Shown: piece after piece, positions 58,865-64,000 of the stretch
Layout of the letters: each line of letters opens with the position of its first letter
Position numbering within the stretch: the stretch's first letter is position 1
NCBI GenBank assembly: GCA_040954595.2
Contig: CM082594.2
Span: 2,188,247-2,252,246 of the forward strand
Reading direction: 5' to 3'
DNA: 64,000 nt
DNA from: Balanoglossus misakiensis
Taxonomy: Eukaryota > Animalia > Hemichordata
Translations under genes and position numbers: made by a program
The notes under the pieces: generated by a model
The model's database searches: none
Seen by the model: the letters and a program-made list of their open reading frames with translations, nothing else
Told to the model about the DNA's origin: nothing

Positions 58865-61800
58865 GATGCATGTGGATTAGTGTGTAATCATAATAGTTTG
58901 TAGTCTACCTTCTGCCCATCATTTTGTAATTGGACATTATGCTGTCCATGTTCCAGTTTTTTTGCCACCATTTTTACTAAGTTTGCCAAGAACATTGTGA
59001 TTGGTCGAAGATTATGGCGGCCATATTGGATTTTCGAAAAACCATAGTAAAACTCCAACAATCTTCTCCAGAACTGGCGATAACTGAGTCGCAAGATTCG
59101 GGGAGTATGGTCATTACACTGATGTCTATCAGGTTTGCAAAGAGCATTGTGATTGGTCGAAAAATATGGCGGCCATATTGGATTTTGTAAAAAGCAGTGA
59201 AAAATTGAAATTCCTTTTTCTAGTCTAAACATTGATAGCATACAAATTCTTTTTGTGGATATGAGTCGTCATATGACTAGAATATGTTGCAAATTTTTTG
59301 GCAATTTTCACATGACCTTTGACCTACTTTTTTAAGAACCTGCATATATGCATATATAGCTCATACTACCTGTTCTAAATGTACCAGAGTTCTGATTTTT
59401 GTGCACATTGGTATCACCCCTGCCAGGACCTACCCCAAATATTTTGGTAATTTTGGCAATGACCTTTGACCTACTTTTGACACATCGTTTTTTCTGCATA
59501 TCTAATTCCAGGCTAACCTATAGGGCTATCATTTTGGTTTTTGATGTATGTGGATTTGTATGTGATCAAAAAATTTCGCTACTTTTCATGACCCCTTTGA
59601 CCTCTGGTGACCTCATTAAATATGTGCATACCTAATTACAGATGAACCAATAGACCTAGAGGTTTGGTTTCTGTTGGACATTTACCAGTATTGGGTCAAA
59701 AAATTTTGCCCAAATGTTGGGTGACCTCGGGTGACCTTTGACCTACTTTTGCATATCTCGACATCCACAGCAGATACAGCCTTGGCGTTTGGAGGTATGG
59801 GGCCATAATGAAAAGACAAAGTTTTGGGTCACCTGTGACACCTGCTTAACTCATTATTTATGTGCATACCTAATTCCGGGCTAACTAAAAGGGCTAGAGG
59901 TCTGGTTTTTGTTGGACGTGGACCACTATGGGTCAAAATTTTCTGCCCAAATTGTGGGTGAACTCTGGGTGACCTTTGACTTACTTAACACTATATCAAC
60001 ACCAAACATAGATATAACCTTGATATTTCATGGGATAAAACACAGCATTATGTTTCTACTCATTAATTATGTGCATATCTACTAATCTGATCAGATAATA
60101 GAGCTTGGGCCCGGACAATGCTGCTTGCAGCTTTAATCTTTCTTTCTTTCTTTCTTTTTTCTTGTGTCAATTCTTCGGCCAACTAAATCTCTGAAACTAC
60201 TGCAGGTACACTGTTCAAACTTGCTACAGTGGTCAATGTCTATGAGTAGATGTGCAGTGACTTGTGAATACTTAATTAGTCACGTGACCTGGCGGCCATA
60301 TTGGATTTTCTGAAAAAATGCAAATCTCAGATCTCAGAAACTACAAGTCAGATCGACTTCAAATTTGGCATGCAGGTAGACTACCTTCTACCCATCATTT
60401 TTGTAATTGGATATTTTGCTGTAAATGTTGCAGTTTTTTTGCTACAATTTTTTTTCTGAAATCTGGCTTAAATTTCAAAAATCTTCTTCTCCAGAACTGG
60501 TGATAACCGAGACACGGGGTTTGGGGTATGTGGTCACCTAACTGATGTCTATCAAGTTTGCGAAGATCATTGTGATTGGTCGAAGATTATGGCGGCCATA
60601 TTGGATTTTCGAAAAACCATAGTTAAACTCCAAAAATCTTCTTCTCCAGAACGGGCGATGACTGAGTCGCAAGATTCGGGGAGTATGGTCACTACACTGA
60701 TGTCTATCAAGTTTGCAAAGAGCATTGTGATTGGTCGAAGATTATGGCGGCCATATTGGATTTTGTAAAAAGCAGTGAAAAATTGAAATTCCTTTTTCTA
60801 GTCTAAAAATTGATAGCATGCAAATTCTTTTTATGGATATCAATCGTCATGTGACTAAAATATGTTACAATTTTTTGGCGATTTTTCACATGACCTTTGA
60901 CCTACATATCACACGTTATTATTTCAGCATATCGAATTCCAGGCTAACCTATAGGGCTAGACTTTTGGTTTTTGATGCACGTGGATTAGTGTGTGATCAA
61001 AATATTTTGCTACTTTTCATGACCCCTTTGACCTCTGCTGACCTCATTAATTATGTACATAGCTAATTACAGGGGAACCAATAGAGGTAGAGGTTTGGTT
61101 TTTGTTGGACACAGACCAGTATGGGATCAACATTTTTTGCCCAAATGTTGCGTGACCTCTGGTGACCTTTGACCTACTTTCGCATATCTCAGCATCCAGA
61201 GCAGATACAGCCATGGCATTTGGTAGGATGGGACCAAAATGTAAAGCCACATTTTTGGGTCACCTGTGACACCTGCTGACCTCATTAAATATGCACATAC
61301 CTAATTACAGGCGAACCAATAGAGCTAGAGTTTTGGTTTTTGCAGGACATGGACCAGTATGGGTCAAAAAAAATTGCCCAAATGTTGGGTGACCTCAGGT
61401 GACCTTTGACCTACTTCACCCTACTTAAGCAGCAAAAATACACACGTCCTTGTTATGTCATGAGATAATACATCCGATAGAAAATTCTGTTTCTTCTCAT
61501 TCATACTGTGCATATATAATTCAAGATCAGCGTTTGGGCCCGACAATGCTGCTCGCAGCTTTAATTAGGGCCCAAGCGCAAGCAAGCGCTTGGGCCCTAT
61601 TGGTTTCGTCTGGGTTTTTCTGTCTTTAGGGCCCAAGCGCTTGCTTGCGCTTGGGCCCTATTGGTTTCGTTGGGGTTTTTCTTTCTTTCTTTCTTTTTTC
61701 TTGTGTCAATTCTTCGGCCAACTAAATCTCTGAAACTACTGCAGGTACACTTCTCAAACTTGCTACAGTGGTCAAGGTCTATGAGTAGATGTGCAGTGAC

Positions 61801-64000
61801 TTGTGAATACTTAATTAGTCACGTGACCTGGCGGCCATATTGGATTTTCTGAAAAAATGCAAATCTCAGATCTCAGAAACTACAAGTCAGATCGACTTCA
61901 GATTTGGTGTGCAGGTAGTGTACCTTCTGCCCATCATTTTTGTAATTGGATATTTTGCTGTCAATGTTGCAGTTTTTTTTGCTACAGTGGTTTTACTGAA
62001 ATCTGGTCAAAATTTCAAAAATCTTCTTCTCCAGAACCGGTGATAACCGAGACACGAGGTTTGGGGTATGTGGTCACCTAACTGATGTCTATCAAGTTTG
62101 CGAAGATCATTGTGATTAGTCGAAGATTATGGCGGCCATATTGGATTTACGAAAAACCATAGTTAAACTCCAAAAATCTTCTTCTCCAGAACGGGCGATG
62201 ACTGAGTTGCAAGATTCGGGGAGTATGGTCACTACACTGATGTCTATCAAGTTTGCAAAGAGCATTGTGATTGGTCGAAGATTATGGCGGCCATATTGGA
62301 TTTTGTAAAAAGCAGTGAAAATTTGAAATTCCTTTTTCTAGTCTAAAATTTGATAGCATACAAATTGTTTTTATGGATATCAATCGTCATGTGACTAAAA
62401 TATGTTACAATTTTTTTGTGATTTTTCACATGACCTTTGACCTACTTATCACGCGTTATTATTTCTGCATATCTAATTCCAGGCTAACCTATAGGGCTAG
62501 ACGTTTGGTTTTTGATGAATGTGAATTAGTGTGTGATCAAAATATTTTGCTACTTTTCATGACCCCTTTGACCTCAGCTGACCTCATTAATTATGTACAT
62601 AGCTAATTACAGGCGAACCAATAGAGCTAGAGGTTTTGTTTTTGTTGGACATGGACCAGTATGGGATCAAATTTTTTTGCCCAAATGTTGGGTGACCTCT
62701 GGTGACCTTTGACCTACTTTCTCATATCTCAGCATCCAGAGCAGATACAGCCATTGCATTTGGTAGGATGGGACCAAAATGTAAAGCCAAATTTTTGGGT
62801 CACCTGTGACACCTGCTGACCTCATTAAATATGCACATACCTAATTACAGGTGAACCAATAGAGCTAGAGTTTTGGTTTTTATTGGACATGGACCAGTAT
62901 GGGTAAAAAAAAAATTGCCCAAATGTTGGGTGACCTCAGGTGACCTTTGACCTACTTCACCCTATTTCAGCAGCAAAAATACCCACATCCTTGTTATGTC
63001 ATGAGATAATACATCCGATAGAAAATTCTGTTTCTTCTAATTCATACTGTGCATATATAATTCAAGATCAGCGCTTGGGCCCGACAATGCTGCTCGCAGC
63101 TTTAATTCTTTCTTTATTCTTGTGTCATTTCTTTGTCGCTCTAGATCTCAGACACCGCTGCAGGTACACTTCTCAAACTTGCTACAGTGGTCAAGGTCAA
63201 TGGGTAGTCGTGCATTGAACTCTTGAATTTTTAATTAGTCACGTGACATGGCGGCCATATTGGATTTTCTGAAAAAATGCAAATCTCAGATCTCAGAAAC
63301 TACAAGTCAGATCGACTTCAAATTTGGTGTGCAGGTAGTCTACCTTTTACCCATCATTTTTGTAATTGGATATTTTGCTGTAAATGTTGCAGTTTTTTTG
63401 CTACAATTTTTTTTCTGAAATCTGGCTTAAATTTCAAAAATCTTCTTCTCCAGAACCGGTGATAACCGAGTGACGCGGTTTGGGGTATGTGGTCACCTAA
63501 CTGATGTCTATCAAGTTTGATAAGAAGCATTGTGATTGGTCGAAGATTATGGCGGCCATATTGGATTTTCGAAAAACCATAGTAAAACTGCAGAAATCTT
63601 CTTCTCCAGAACGGGCGATAACTGAGTCGCAAGATTCAGGGAGTATGGTCACAACACTGATGTCTATCAAGTTTGCAAAGAGCATTGTGATTGGTTGAAG
63701 ATTATGGCGGCCATATTTGATTTTGTAAAAAGCAGTGAAAAATTGAAATTCCTTTTCCTAGTCTAAAAATTGACAGCATACAAATTCTTTTCATGGATAT
63801 CAATCATCATATGACTAAAATATGTTACAAATTTTTGGCGATTTTTCACATGACCTTTGACCTACTTATCATGCGTTATTATTTCTGCATATCTAATTCC
63901 AGGCTAACCTATAGGGCTAGACTTTTGGTTTTTGATGCATGTGGATTAGTGTGTGATCAAAATATTTTGCTACTTTTCATGACCCCTTTGACCTCTGCTG
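58865..64000 (+). mobile_element. Right array of Helentron-type ~1.4-kb bodies, with two stacked 5' hairpins at 61567 and 61628
   Basis: Same unit and orientation as 34900-40500. 3' termini at ~60102-60138, 61530-61566 and 63071-63106. Runs off the window end. Confidence 0.88.

Overview
Transposon-dense, AT-rich eukaryotic (animal) genomic DNA. The GT-AG introns, microsatellites and TE families suggest a marine invertebrate, but that is inference. From left to right: (1) a spliced minus-strand gene for an unrecognised secreted protein with a frameshifted tandem paralog (~0.2-3.6 kb); (2) a six-exon minus-strand NB-ARC(STAND)-TPR gene with a SAM-like insert, broken by a Harbinger-type MITE and missing its Walker A exon (5983-10802); (3) a core+(TC)n satellite holding a decayed Tx1-clade LINE whose 3' 2.1 kb is duplicated head-to-tail; (4) a second decayed LINE hit by the same MITE family; (5) several MITEs and three exons of another unknown gene (27.7-29.6 kb); (6) from 30 kb to the end, a Helentron/Helitron2 complex. 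The complex contains an intact 2446-aa OTU-Rep-Pif1-AP-endonuclease ORF (47486-54826, minus) embedded in an array of ~1.4-kb non-autonomous units. Its terminal hairpins are stacked (5 at 33473-33730, 2 at 61567-61680), as expected from repeated nested self-insertion, and the hairpin loop occurs in both flip and flop orientations. No database searches were run, so family names rest on motif recognition.
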